The notes under the pieces are model-generated. The model saw only the letters and a program-made list of their open reading frames with translations. It was not told the DNA's origin and did no database searches. 64,000 bases of DNA from Eledone cirrhosa. Taxonomy: Eukaryota. Position numbers and translations under genes: made by a program. The DNA lies in contig OZ024749.1 in assembly GCA_964016885.1 (NCBI GenBank), positions 29,078,001-29,142,000 of the forward strand, written 5' to 3'. Positions 1 to 14,367 of the stretch are shown piece by piece; position 1 is the stretch's first letter; each line of letters opens with the position of its first letter.

Positions 1-2840
1 ACACCACCATTAACCAACACGCCACCACACCACCATTAACCAACACGCCACCACACCAGTAACCACCACACCACCACACCACCACACCATCATTAACCAA
101 CACACCACCACCACACCACCACTAACCACCACACCACCACACCACCATTAACCAACACGTCACCACACCACCACACCACCATTAATCAACACACCACCAC
201 CACACCATTAACCACCACACCACCACACCACCATTAACCAACACACCACCACACCACCATTAACCAACACGCCACACCACCATTAACCAACACGCCACCA
301 CACCAGTAACCACCACACCACCACACCACCATTAACCAACACACCACCACCACACCCCCACTAACCACCACACCACCACACCACCACACCACCATTAACC
401 AACACGTCACCACACCACCACACCACCACACCACCATTAACCAACACGTCACCACACCACCACACCACCATTAACCAACACACCACCACCACACCACCAC
501 ACCACCACACCACCATTAACCAACACGCCACCACACCACCACACCACCATTAACCAACACACCACCACCACCACCACTATTAACCAACACGCCACCACAC
601 CATTAACCACCACACCACCACACCACCATTAACCAACACGCCACCACACCACCACACCACCATTAACCAACACACCACCACACCACCATTAACCAACAAG
701 CCCCCACACCATTAACCAACACCATTAATCACTACACCACCACACCACCATTAACCACCACACCACCACACCACCATTAACCAACACGCCACCACACCAC
801 CACCACACCATTAATCAGCACGCCACCACACCATTAACCAACACGCCACCACACCACCATTAACCAACACGCCACCACACCATTAACCACCACACTACCA
901 CACCACCACCACACCATTAACCAACACGCCACCACACCACCATTAAGCAACACGCCACCACACCATTAACCACCACACCACCACACCACCATTAACCAAT
1001 ACGCCACCACACCACCACACCACCACACCACCATTAACCAACACGCCACCACACCATTAACCACCACACCACCACACCACCATTAACCAACACGCCACCA
1101 CACCACCACACCACCACACCACCATTAACCAACACGCCACCACACTATTAACCACCACACCACCACACTACCATTAACCAACACGCCACCACACCATTAA
1201 CCACCACACCACCACACCACCATTAACCAACACGCCACCACACCATTAACCAACACGCCACCACACCATTAACCAACACGCCACCACACCATTAACCACC
1301 ACACCACCACACCACCATTAACCACCACACCACCACACCGCTATTAACCAACACGCCACCACACCATTAACCAACACACCACCACCACACCATTAACCAA
1401 CACACCACCACCACACCATTAACCAACACACCACCACACCATTAACCACCACGCCACCACACCATTAACCACCATACCACCACACCACCATTAACCAACA
1501 CGCCACCACACCACCATTAACCAACACGCCACACCACCATTAACCAACACGCCACCACACCAGTAACCACCACACCACCACACCACCATTAACCAACACA
1601 CAACCCCCACACCCCCACTAACCACCACACCACCACACCACCACACCACCATTAACCAACACGTCACCACACCACCTCACCACCATTAACCAACACACCA
1701 CCACCACACCATTAACCACCACACCACCACACCACCACACCACCATTAACCAACACGCCACCACACCACCACACCACCATTAACCAACACACCACCACCA
1801 CCACCACCATTAACCAACACGCCACCACACCATTAACCACCACACCACCACACCACCATTAACCAACACGCCACCACACCACCACACCACCACACCACCA
1901 TTAACCAACACGCCACCACACTATTAACCACCACACCACCACACTACCATTAACCAACACGCCACCACACCATTAACCACCACACCACCACACCACCATT
2001 AACCAACACGCCACCACACCACCACACCACCACACCACCATTAACCAACACGCCACCACACCACCACACCACCATTAACCAACACGCCACCACACCATTA
2101 ACCACCACACCACCACACCACCATTAACCAACACGCCACCACACCACCACACCACCACACCACCATTAACCAACACGCCACCACACTATTAACCACCACA
2201 CCACCACACTACCATTAACCAACACGCCACCACACCATTAACCACCACACCACCACACCACCATTAACCAACACGCCACCACACCATTAACCAACACGCC
2301 ACCACACCATTAACCAACACGCCACCACACCATTAACCACCACACCACCACACCACCATTAACCACCACACCACCACACCGCTATTAACCAACACGCCAC
2401 CACACCATTAACCAACACACCACCACCACACCATTAACCAACACACCACCACCACACCATTAACCAACACACCACCACACCATTAACCACCACGCCACCA
2501 CACCATTAACCACCATACCACCACACCACCATTAACCAACACGCCACCACACCATTAACCACCACACCACCATTAACCAACACGCCACCCCACCATTAAC
2601 CACCACACCACCACACCATTAACCACCACACCACCACACCACCATTAACCAACACGCCACCACACCATTAACCAACACACCACCACCACACCATTAACCA
2701 ACACACCACCACACCATTAACCAACACGCCACCACACCATTAACCACCACACCACCACCACACCATTAACCAACACGCCACCACACCATTAACCAACACA
2801 CCACCACCACACCATTAACCAACACACCACCATTAACCAA
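1..2840. repeat. C/A-rich minisatellite built from CCATTAACCAACACGCCA and CCACA modules
   Basis: Continuous degenerate tandem repeat of ccattaaccaacacgccaccacac variants; runs off the window start. Confidence 0.95.
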
Positions 2841-3009
2841 AACAGACGTATTGTTATTTTTATTAATTACTTAAAGATAGTATTTTTATTGTCAGTAATT
2901 AATTGTATCAGGTGTTGTAAGTATATTTTCATTAATTAATTGAGAATTAATTATTATACCATAATGCTATGGCATTCTTTAAATAAAATCACTAATTGTT
3001 TAATTTGTC

Positions 3010-4335
3010 CGTTGTGACGTCACTGATTCATTATATAAGAAGTTGTTACCACTAATTATATAACAGGAAATTATGACAGCATTATGACATCATTAATTAT
3101 ATGATATCATGACGTCATTAATTATATTACATGAAATTATGACATCATTATGGTGTCATTAATTATAAGATGATATTATGACGTCACTAATTATATAACA
3201 TGAAATTATGACGTCATTATGGTGTCATTAATTACATGATATGATATCGTGACGTCACTAATTAGATTACATAAATTATGACATCATTATGGCGTCATTA
3301 ATTATGGGGAATTTTTCTTTGTTATTTTATTTCAACCTCTGTTTTTTTTTACACGCAGAAATGCCCATTTGTACCGTCCTGTATTGTCCTGTACTGTCCT
3401 TAATGTCTACTTTATGTAAACCCTTGTGGTTAATAAAGAAAACATTAATTATGATATGATATCATGACGTCACTAATTATGCAACATGAAATTCTGACAT
3501 CGTTATGACAAATATTAATTATATGATATTATATGATATATGATTATATTAATTATATGAAATCGTGACATCATTATGACATAATTATACATGTTGTGAC
3601 ATCACTTATTTAACATATTATGATATCACTGATTACCTAATCTGATGATATGACATCACTAGATTACATGACGTAAACCTATGACATCACCAATTATATA
3701 ATATATTATGACATCACTAATTACATGGCACAGTGTTGTGACATCGCTAATTATATAACACGTTATTGTGACATCACTAATTATATGATGTAATGTTATG
3801 TCGTCACCAATTATATGATGTAATGTTATGACATCACTAATTATACGATGTAATGTTATGTCGTCACCAATTATATGATGTAATGTTATGATATCACTAA
3901 TTATATGATGTAATGTTATGATATTACTAATTATACGATGTAATGTTATGTCGTCACCAATTATATGATGTAATGTTATGATATCACTAATTATACGATG
4001 TAATGTTGTGACATCACTAATTATACGATGTAATGTTATGACATCACTAATTATACGATGTAATGTTATGATATCACTATACGATGTAATGTTATGACAT
4101 CACTAATTATACGATGTAATGCTGACGTCGATAGTTATATGATGCAATGATATGGCATCATTAATTGTGTGATGTAATGTTATGACAACCCGAATTGTAT
4201 TATACGATGTTGTTATATCATTAATTATATGATGTAATGATACGACATCACTAGTTATATAACACGATGTTATGACATTACTAGTTATATGATGTAATGT
4301 TGACATTACTAATTATATAATCTGACGTTACGATA
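3010..4335. repeat. Degenerate ~30-bp minisatellite (ctaattatacgatgtaatgttatgacatca)
   Basis: 30-bp period is clear at 3770-4110; older, diverged units flank it. Confidence 0.85.
3306..3442 (+). mobile_element. 3' UTR fragment of a non-LTR retrotransposon, ending ...CCCTTGTGGTTAATAAAGAAA
   Basis: Near-identical to 19440-19570, with a similar end at 40880-40938; AATAAA at the terminus. Confidence 0.55.
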
Positions 4336-5033
4336 ACACTAGTCAACTTACATCATATACGTAATAACACTTCTTAATATTAGTTGTTATCCTTTTAATC
4401 CTCCCAGGGTCGATAAAATAAAATACCAGTCAAATACTGGGGTAAATTAAACAAATTTGCCCCCCCCCCCCAAAAAAAAAAATTGCTGCCCTTGTGTTTA
4501 AATTAGAAATCAGCATTAATTGTTATCATAACATGACAATAAAATCTCGTTCTTTGATTTCAATAATTAACATTAAAGTACCTGTCATATACTAGGCTCG
4601 ACTTAATTGTCTCCCCCTCCCATCCCCTACACACACATATCAAATTTTTGGCATGTGTCTGTGATTGCTACTTGTCGCTATCGCGTTCAATTTATCGATG
4701 TTTTAAGTTCAAATTTTACCGGGTTTCATTAAATCTTTCATGGGTCAATAACGTAAGTACCAATAAATTAGGCTCGATAGATCCCCCTATTGTAGCCGTT
4801 CCCCAAATTGTGTCCATGGGAGCACTAGTGCCTGGTTTCATTTAGACCTTCAATCCCTCACGGGTCAATGACGTAAGTACCAGTAATAAATTAGGGTCAA
4901 TACACCCCCCCCCCCTATTGTAGCTGTTTTCCAAAGTGTGTCCATGGGAGCCCCAGTGTACCACGAAATAGCAAAATTATATTTCAAAATGTGAAAAATA
5001 CAAATTGAAATTCGTAATAAACTAAGAACGTAA

Positions 5034-5372
5034 ATATTGTTATACTTTGGGAGGGTCATGCTGCCAATAAAAACACACGCACCTGTTGGTTTTCACTTCA
5101 ATTTATTATAAATTTCCGGTTGGTTGTTTGGTTGGTTCTATAACCATAACCAGATGGTCGTTTATATATTGTCAAATCTCTTTCGTCACACATTCTGTGA
5201 CCTCCTCAGTGATTCGGTTTTTATTTTGTGTCTCTTCTTTGTTCTGTCCTATACCATCTTGCTTTTGTGTGGCGTGTGCTGTGTGCTTTTATTGGCGGCA
5301 TGAACCTTCCAAAGTATAACAATATCTGTTCCAACACACGTTTTCAGATAAGAAATCTTGCAAAACAAATTC
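5034..5372 (+). mobile_element. Fold-back pseudo-LTR remnant related to the PLE at 11922-14023
   Basis: 5034-5080 is an inverted copy of ~5277-5325; shares gaccctcccaaagtataacaatatctgtt and the tail with 13940-14010; related pieces at 17945-18045 and 36880-36918. Confidence 0.65.
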
Positions 5373-5619
5373 AAAAATTAAGAACGTAAAAAATTGCTAA
5401 AAACCATTGACTAGCTGTTTTTTTTTATCACATTCCTCCATTTATGAACTAAAACAAAATATACAAATAATGTTCCTGTATTTTTAATTCTCTATTTTTG
5501 CCATGCCAATATATTTACATCACTATTTTGAATAAATTTTCAAATTTAGGTACAAATTCCACCTAAGTAGTTTACTTGTTCCAAAAAGTATGCCGTGAAG
5601 GAGGAAAACTAGATTTGGA

Positions 5620-6240
5620 AACCATATGACTGGTAGCCCTAGCATCAAAATAGCCATCTCCAATGAAACTGGCTAACCCTATATAGGGGTGAAGTCTGGG
5701 AACCCCCGCCTTATTGTAGGACGACTGCCCCTAACATTAACATACCCCATAACAACAATCTGGCTAACCCTATGTAGGTGTGAAGGTTTAGGGACCACCG
5801 CCTTATATGACTAGTACTCCTATCATTAAAATGCCCCGTAGCCACCTCTAATGATTTTGGTTAAATCTATGTAGGTGTGATGGTTTAGGGACCACCGCCT
5901 CATTGTAAGACTGGTACCCCTATCATTAAAATACACCCCTAGACACCTCCAATGAATCTGACTAAACCTATGTAGGTGTAAAGGTTTGGGGACTACTGCC
6001 TTATTGTATGACTAAAATACCTCCATAGCCACCTCCAATAAATCAGGATAAACCTATGTAGGTGTAAAGGTTTGGGGACTACTGCCTTATTGTATGACTA
6101 AAATATCTCCATAGCCACCTCCAATAAATCAGGATAAACCTATATAGGTGTAAAGGTTTGGGGACTACTGCCTTATTGTATGACTAAAATACCTCCATAG
6201 CCACCTCCAATAAATCAGGATAAACCTATGTAGGTGTGAA
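5620..6240. repeat. Tandem repeat, 86-bp unit (older units ~100 bp)
   Basis: ggtgtaaaggtttggggactactgcc recurs at 5975, 6061 and 6147. Confidence 0.9.
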
Positions 6241-6463
6241 CCGTAACAACATCCATTCCTTATTATCTCCATTTCAAAATTCATCGTTTAATTGTTAGGT
6301 TACATTCGTTACCTAACAGTAATATAATCGCTAAACTAATTAGTTTTATACTAATTAAATTAATTAGTTGCAATTTATCGCTAGAAGCAATTGTGTTATA
6401 AGAGATTCAGTTAATTGAGGACCGGTATAGAGGGCTGAACTTGCATAATTAACTTGCATATAT

Positions 6464-6676
6464 AATTGTTGCTACTATAGGCACAAGGCCAGCAATTTGC
6501 AGGGAAGGGGGAAAGTCGATTAAATCGACCCCAGTGGGTTACTGGTTCTTTATTTTATCGACCATGTAAGGATGAAAGGCAAAGCTAACTTCGACGGGAT
6601 TTGAACTCAGACCGTAAAGGGCCGTAATTCTATGTTGCAAAGCATGGTGTATAACCCTGTACCGATTCTGCCAAAT
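6464..6676 (-). mobile_element. tRNA-derived SINE, Meta-domain type (family A)
   Basis: B-box-like GAGTTCAAATCCC, core GCCTTTCATCCTTACGGGGTCGATAAAATAAAGTACC, (ATT)n-type tail. Confidence 0.8.
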
Positions 6677-6726
6677 ACCAGAGACATAGAAGATATTATG
6701 GATAGTTTTACTGTTGAAATATATTG

Positions 6727-6779
<53 letters not shown>

Positions 6780-7046
6780 TAAAGTTAGTCCTTCATCAGT
6801 GATCTTCCAACCATCATTGGTATTTCATCGCTTTAAAGACCATATACCTCCGGTTGGTGCGAGCAACGGCTAAAAAAAGTCGTTGGGACACGTAAATAAA
6901 GGGGACACGAGTGTAAACAAACAAAGATGGTGAAGCAACGAAAAGTGAGGAAGAAGAAGTCAAGTCCCAAATTTCTATGAATATAAATTCGGTGAAATCG
7001 TGAACGAGAGAGAATAAAGACCATCAAACCTGGTTGGAATGTGAGC

Positions 7047-7087
<41 letters not shown>

Positions 7088-7169
7088 TGTGTGTGTGTGT
7101 GTGTAGCAAGGTGTCCGACGCTCTACCAATACTACCAATCCACCGTCCTACTTGCATATATGATAATTA

Positions 7170-7340
7170 GGCGACGAATTGGCAGCAGAGTCGTTAGAAC
7201 GTTGGATAGAGTTCTTTGTGGTATTTGTCGTATTTGTTTCGGCTTTCTACTCTCTCAGTTCAAATCCCGCCGAGATAAACTTTGCCTTCCATACATTCGA
7301 AGTCGACAAAAAAAAAGTACCAGTCAAATACTGAGTTGAA
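7170..7340 (+). mobile_element. Diverged SINE family A copy
   Basis: A-box-like tggcagcagagtcgttag, gttcaaatcccgccgag and tttgccttccat core. Confidence 0.7.
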
Positions 7341-7987
7341 TCTTCCTCTATATCTCTTTCTCACTTCTTTCTCACGGACCTACCTGAAAAAGTGTGGGCT
7401 TTACCAGGCTTAAAATGCCCTAGAAACGCAGTATTCACGCAGCGCCCCTACGGCTTCCCCAGAATACCATACCATACAATAATTTCCTGGTATCATTATA
7501 TAAAGATGTTTGCCACGTAGGAGTGTTGTAGAAATATCCGAAGTGATGGAAAGGGTCGCATGGAATTATAACCTGTTACATGATTTGGCGTGGGTGAATT
7601 TGAGTAGTAGCCAAAGCAGGAAGTAGCCAAAGCAGGAAGTAGCCAAAGCAGGAAGTGTCAAACAATAGGTTTGTCTGTTTCCAAAGTGTAAGCTGAAATT
7701 ATTATATTTGAGAGAAGAGGGCATGCCCTCTCACCCTCTCTCTTCTTCTCTCTTCTCCCCCTCTCTCTCCCCTTTTCTCTCGCCCTCTCTCTCTTCTCCT
7801 GTTGGAAGAAATTGGCTGTGGCCAAACCTAAAGAAAGACGGACATTACCATGGTTTAAAAACCCAAACCACTCCGCCACCATATATCTCGGCGGTATCTT
7901 TACAACATTAGAAATACTGACTTATAGGATCAATAACCAATGGTCAGTGATCAATAACCGTCAAATTAAAATATCGATCTGTTCTTA

Positions 7988-8629
<642 letters not shown>

Positions 8630-8634
8630 TCAAA

Positions 8635-8915
8635 TTGAAGCAGCTCCACATAGAACCGGCTTCACATAGAAACAACTTCACATAGAACTAGTTTCCCATA
8701 GAACTAGTTTCACATAGAACTAGCTTTACATAGAGGCAGTTTCACTTAGAACCAGCTTCACATAGTACCAACTTCACATAGATGCAACTTCTCTTAGAAC
8801 TAGCTTCACATAGAACTAGTTTCACATAGGGGCAGTTTCACATAGTAGCAGTTTTACATAGAATTAGCTTCATATAGAACCAACTTTACATAGTACCAGC
8901 TTCACGTAGAAGCTG
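8635..8915. repeat. 20-bp tandem repeat (acatagaactagcttc) in the putative 5' UTR of the ARX exon
   Basis: About 14 degenerate units between the splice acceptor at 8973 and the ATG at 8581. Confidence 0.85.
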
Positions 8916-9579
8916 TATTATGTGAAATTTCTGCAGTCAATTAATGTTTCCCACAGCAACAACAATGGCGACCTGAAAGAAAAAAGAAAATATAGATAAA
9001 TAAGATAGCCAAAATAAAATAGAAACATTTTAAGACATTGTTTCGTATTATAAGATTATTGAAGATGGAATGAATGGGCTTCCGTTAGTTTCGACGATCA
9101 GCGTCTCAGTTGTTTGATAACTGGAACAGCCTGCTCGTGAAATTGATGTGCAAGTGGCTGAGCATTCCACAGACACTAGCAATATCAATAAATTTATCAA
9201 TATCATTACAGGGTATTAAAAATCAATATACAAAATCTCACAATATCATGAAAAACCATTGACATTATATAAAAATAATTGAGCAGTATCTGATAAAACA
9301 AAACACACTGCTAAAGGGAATAGAAAAGGAAGAAAAAGAACAAGAAAATGAAAAGGAGAAAGAAGGGTCAAACAATAACAGAAAGAGAGAGGGATAGACA
9401 CTACACCCCAATCTGAACGGTACCTCAGCTGTGCTCTGGAGAGAGGGGGGGGGGGGGACAGACACTACACCCCATTCGGTGAATAAGTAGACTCCAACTT
9501 CACAGCGATCCCTCGTCAAACGGGCAAAGTCATACAATGAAGAATGGGCGGTAAAGTTAAGTGATAGCGCTGTAATTAA

Positions 9580-10535
9580 TAACATGGTTTCTGATTTAGG
9601 TACAAGGCCAACAGTTTTGGGGAAGGGGGAAGTCGATGAAATCGAACCCAGTGCATTACTGGTACTTTATTTTATAGATCCCGTAAGGTTGAAAGGCAAA
9701 GCTAACCTCGGCGGTATTTGAACTCAGAATGTAACTCTATGCCGCAAAGCATGTTGTCCGACGCTCTACTGATTCTGCCAATCCATAGGCTTAATAATGG
9801 TTTATGATTTAGGTACGCGGCCAACAATTTAAGGGAGGGCGAAATCAACGAAATCGATCCCCAGGGCATTTCTGGTACTATATTTTTATCGCCCTCAGTA
9901 AGGATGAAAGGCAAAGCTAGCTTCGGCGGGATTTGAACTCAGAGCGTAAAGGGCCGTAATTATATACCGCAAAGCATATTGTCTGACGCTCTACCGATTA
10001 CTTCAATCCACCACTCTGTAGTTAATAATATAAACATCAATTTAAATAGACAGTAAGTTATGTAGTAATTATATAGTTAATAATATAATTTCAATAGATA
10101 TTAAATAATAATTCTGTAGTTAATAATGGATGCTGAATCAAGTGACAATTCTCAAGTTAATAATATAAACATTAATTTCAATACATGTTAACTAGTAATT
10201 CTGTAGCTAATAATATAAACAGTAATTTCAATAGATGTTAACTAACAATTCTATAGTTAATAATGGGATGTTGCGTTAAGTGACAATTCTGAAGTTAATG
10301 ATATAAACATCAATTTGAATAGATGTTAAATAATGATAATAATAATTGTTTCTACTTTAGGTAAAAGGCCAGCAATTACCCAGTACATTACTGGAACTTT
10401 ATTTTATCGACCCCGTAAGGATGAAATGCAAAGTTAACCTCGGCGGGATTTGAACTCAGAATGGCAAGGGCCGTAACTCTATGCGTCAAAGCATGGCGTC
10501 CGACCCTCTACCGATACTGCCAATCCACCGCCCTT
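9580..10535 (-). mobile_element. Three SINE family A copies (9580-9785, 9800-10012, 10340-10535)
   Basis: Each has the reverse-complement tail, Meta-like core and tRNA-like head. Confidence 0.85.
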
Positions 10536-10950
10536 ACATAATTTAAATAATGCATATAAAACAGTGTATTTTAATGCATTTTTTTTTGGGGGGGGGGGGG
10601 GGTGTTGAAGTTTGTATACATTTTTTTTTAACACCCTGTATATATAAATAAATTCTCAACACAGTTTCATGCTACCTATGGTTTCAAAGCTTACTCTAGG
10701 TACAAAGATGGCAAAGCATTGTAACAACATGCTGCTTCTTTTATGTCTTTGGTCAAAAACATAAACACACTTTTCTTCTGTTTTTTCTTTGCTTGTTTCC
10801 TTAAAGTTTACCATTAGTCCGTTGGTATACATTTATTACGCATATAATAATAATAATATATATATATACATATATACACACACGCACACACACACACACA
10901 TACACACATATATAAACGGCTTGAGCTCAGCCGTCGGGGTCTTACTGGTT

Positions 10951-10986
<36 letters not shown>

Positions 10987-11125
10987 TATTAAATTGTTCA
11001 ACAATATTCGATGATTATGTCAAAGAATGATTTTTACAGTAGATTGGAAGCACTCAACGAATAAAAATAACTACCTTGATTAAATCTTAATCATTTAACA
11101 TCTTAGGGTATGTCATGTATCATTA

Positions 11126-11180
11126 TATTTTGTCTGATGAGGACGTACTGTTGTACATCCGAAATATGTATAATAAAATG
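11126..11180 (+). ncRNA. Type I minimal hammerhead ribozyme motif
   Basis: UAUUUUGU-CUGAUGA(11134)-GGACGUAC UGUU GUACAUCC-GAAA(11161)-UAUGUA-UA^-AUAAAAUG; stems I, II and III all pair. Confidence 0.8.
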
Positions 11181-11213
11181 TAATTGATCAAAAGAACATC
11201 TATTTTATTAATA

Positions 11214-11252
<39 letters not shown>

Positions 11253-11345
11253 GATATTAATAAATGGAAACTATATTTATAAAACCACATATTTCAGGGA
11301 TACCAAATTAAAATATGGTATGCCAACAATTTTAAGTAGAACTTT

Positions 11346-11418
<73 letters not shown>

Positions 11419-11583
11419 CAATGATATTAATAACAATGATATTAATAAATGGAAACTATATTTATAAAACCATATTTATTTTATTATATATACTATATAT
11501 TTCATTATATATACTATCCAAACTGAACCAGAACCGATAAGGTCTGGTTTCTTGGGTATGTCGCCATTTATGAAACAAATTTT

Positions 11584-11645
11584 GTATTTTATCTGATGAG
11601 TGCGTACCAAAATTTTGGTACCCTTGAAATATATATAATAAAATA
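11584..11645 (+). ncRNA. Type I minimal hammerhead ribozyme motif within a fold-back element (~11430-11780)
   Basis: UAUUUUAU-CUGAUGA(11593)-..GUACCAA AAUU UUGGUAC..-GAAA(11626)-UAUAUA-UA^-AUAAAAUA. Confidence 0.75.
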
Positions 11646-11776
11646 AATATGGTTTAATAAATATAGTTTCTATTTATTAATATCATTGATATTATACTCC
11701 AGAAAAACTGTAGAGTGCTTCGAATCTGTTATAAATAAATTTGTTGAATAACCAACAAATTAAATATCTCTTTTTT

Positions 11777-11827
<51 letters not shown>

Positions 11828-11891
11828 ATGAGGAACTAATTTTATAATATGTAATCCATGTGCAACCATGCAGTATTCTTCTCCCCATGTT

Positions 11892-11927
<36 letters not shown>

Positions 11928-11994
11928 ATATTTGGGGAGGGTCATATTTGCGTAATATTGCCAGAATTAATAACAGAACACACTCACTGTTTGG

Positions 11995-13440
11995 TTGGTT
12001 TTCGCTTCTCGAAGGTGGATTGGGTGGACCAAAGCTATACGGACCCCCCAAAACACTGATCAGGTAAGAAAAATGGTCGCACATGCAATAGGGGCTAGTA
12101 TCAAAACTACCCTAAAGGGCCACATATTTAAGTTCAATGAGAAAATCTACACCCAAAATGAGGGAGCAGCCATCGGCGTCAGCATAGCTGGTGATGTTGC
12201 CAACCTTTTCATGGTATGGTGGGAAAGGAGACTTAAAGATCTCCTTAATGAAAGCTCCATAGACCTCATCATGTACTCTCGTTATGTAGACGATATCAAT
12301 ATAGTTATAAGAACACCCCCACTAGAGAGCACTAACAAGTTTGATTTAGAACGTAGCACGATGGAAAGCATCCAGCAGATAGCTAATTCCATACACCAGA
12401 GTATAACTGTAACTATAGACTTCCCTTCCAAACACCCTAACAATAGACTACCTGTATTAGACACAGAACTCTGGATTAACACTGTAGACGAGAGAGCCCA
12501 AATTCTCCACTCACACTATGCTAAACCCATGGCCTCCAAATACCTGATACTCAAAAACTCAGCAATGTCCAGTAGTGCTAAGTTTAATATTCTGATCGCA
12601 GATTTGGTACGAGTGATGAAGAATGTGTCCAGCATGTGCGACCCAACAGAAATGGAAGGACACATCCAACACTTCATCAACCGCATGCAGTTCTCTGGCT
12701 ACAACCAAAGAGACAGAGTCAGAGTATACGAAGGAGCCATGGAAAAGTATAAGACCCTCATAGAACTGGACATGAAAGGAATTTGCCCACTATACAGGAG
12801 CAAATCATGGAATAGCTTAGATAGGGCTAGACATAAGATAGGGAAGGCCACATCATGGTACGACAACCAGAGATATCAGAGTGTCATGTTTGTGGACGCC
12901 ACCCCTGGAGGGAAATTAGCTAACCAGTGTAGAAAGGCCCTGAGAAAGACCCACTTAAAAATAAAGGTGGTAGAAAAGCCAGGAACCACCATAAAATCCC
13001 TGATCAGCAAAACCTACCCTTTTAAGAAAACCCACTGTACCAATAGGAAATGTATCATATGTAAGGTGAACCCCCGGATAAACTGTAAAACTAGAAACGT
13101 AGTCTATAGCATAAGATGTACAGAGGGTACTTGCAGAAACATGACAACAACATACATAGGTGAGACAGCTCGTAGCATAGGTGAAAGGATAGACCAACAC
13201 TGGGGGGAACTAAAAGGACGAAAAAACGGGTCAGTACTATACGAACATGCTAGACAACAACATGACGGTAACATAGACAACATAGAAATTAGAATAATAT
13301 CTAAACATAGGAATGACCCAGCAGATAGGCAAATCAGAGAGGCCAGTGAAATAGAAATTAGAAGACCAAAGCTAAACAGAAAGAATGAGTGGAACAACAA
13401 CAACACCCAAACAAACAACACTGACCTAAGAGAAGTATAA
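11995..13440 (+). CDS. PLE reverse transcriptase (C-terminal part) plus GIY-YIG endonuclease, N-truncated
   Basis: Motifs YTQNEGAAIG, RYVDD, LPVLD; Cys-rich linker HCxxxxCxxC..C; NVVYSIRC...YIGET.R...R...H...H...H (GIY-YIG with CCHH). The first codons derive from the inverted repeat, so the start is not genuine. Confidence 0.88.
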   Translation: MVFASRRWIGWTKAIRTPQNTDQVRKMVAHAIGASIKTTLKGHIFKFNEKIYTQNEGAAIGVSIAGDVANLFMVWWERRLKDLLNESSIDLIMYSRYVDDINIVIRTPPLESTNKFDLERSTMESIQQIANSIHQSITVTIDFPSKHPNNRLPVLDTELWINTVDERAQILHSHYAKPMASKYLILKNSAMSSSAKFNILIADLVRVMKNVSSMCDPTEMEGHIQHFINRMQFSGYNQRDRVRVYEGAMEKYKTLIELDMKGICPLYRSKSWNSLDRARHKIGKATSWYDNQRYQSVMFVDATPGGKLANQCRKALRKTHLKIKVVEKPGTTIKSLISKTYPFKKTHCTNRKCIICKVNPRINCKTRNVVYSIRCTEGTCRNMTTTYIGETARSIGERIDQHWGELKGRKNGSVLYEHARQQHDGNIDNIEIRIISKHRNDPADRQIREASEIEIRRPKLNRKNEWNNNNTQTNNTDLREV

Positions 13441-13702
13441 ATAAGTAAATAAAATTAAATAAAATAAGATAAATAAATACATACACAAGCACATAAACAC
13501 ACACTAGTCACCCAGCAGACACAACACTATACACACTAGTCACACATCACACATAACACTATACACACACGCAAACGCATGCGCAAAGAAGACAAAATAA
13601 AATAAGATAAACAAACAAGCAAATAAATAAATAAATATATAGACAGACTGAACAAAAAAAAATGGCGTAGACATACAAAACAACAGGAGGAACAATGAAT
13701 AT

Positions 13703-13773
13703 AACACCACTGACGATGTTGCAGATGTGCAACGAAAGATTTATGTAAATTATGTAAACTATATATATGTGTT
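13703..13773 (+). ncRNA. Hammerhead core in the PLE 3' pseudo-LTR (stem I degenerate)
   Basis: CUGACGA(13710)-U-GUUGCA GAUG UGCAAC-GAAA(13734); possible CUA^ site at 13759-13761; stem I is interrupted by a TA run. Confidence 0.6.
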
Positions 13774-14329
13774 TGTGTCTATATTGTATCTGTATTATTT
13801 TTGACCGCCGGTCAGTCAATGGCAACATTGAGGACCGAGTAAGTTAGATCGCAGATATATATATATAAAAGACAGCGAGAAGCGAAAACCAACCAAATAG
13901 TGAGTGTGTTCTGTTATTAATTCTGGCAATATTACGCAAATATGACCCTCCCCAAATATAACAATATCTGTTTCGACACACGATTTCATATAAAAAACCT
14001 CGCAAAACTAATTCATCGCCGCTATATATATATATATATATATATAAGAAAATGAGGTTTTGGAAAATAAAAAACGAGAGGTTCTACGCGGGTGAAAGTA
14101 TAAGGAAAAAAAAATGCAACTGGAGTCTTTTTAAGAATATTTATTTATTTCCTCTACCGGTTTCACAGTTCTTGTGCTTTTCAAAAGTAGAATTAAGATG
14201 TAGGGGTTTTGTTCGTGGTTTTGTCTCCGAGGAAATAAAAAGACTCCAGTTGCATTTTCGATTTCTTTTCCTTACACACACACACATACACACACATATA
14301 TGTATAATTACATAAGTACATATATACAA

Positions 14330-14367
<38 letters not shown>

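Larger units (their letters stand above)
11922..14023 (+). mobile_element. 5'-truncated Penelope-like retroelement with an inverted 5' pseudo-LTR copy, inserted in (TA)n
   Basis: RT + GIY-YIG ORF; 11922-12011 is the reverse complement of 13876-13967; ~55-bp tail at 13968-14023; TA flanks. Confidence 0.9.

Noticed and set aside
1-2840. Telomere-like C-rich tract
   Set aside because: Units are not (CCCTAA)n; it is an irregular intronic minisatellite.
5590-5640. TGGTTT read as a possible WFQNRR exon
   Set aside because: Translates IWFPNL, not helix 3, and adjoins a tandem repeat.
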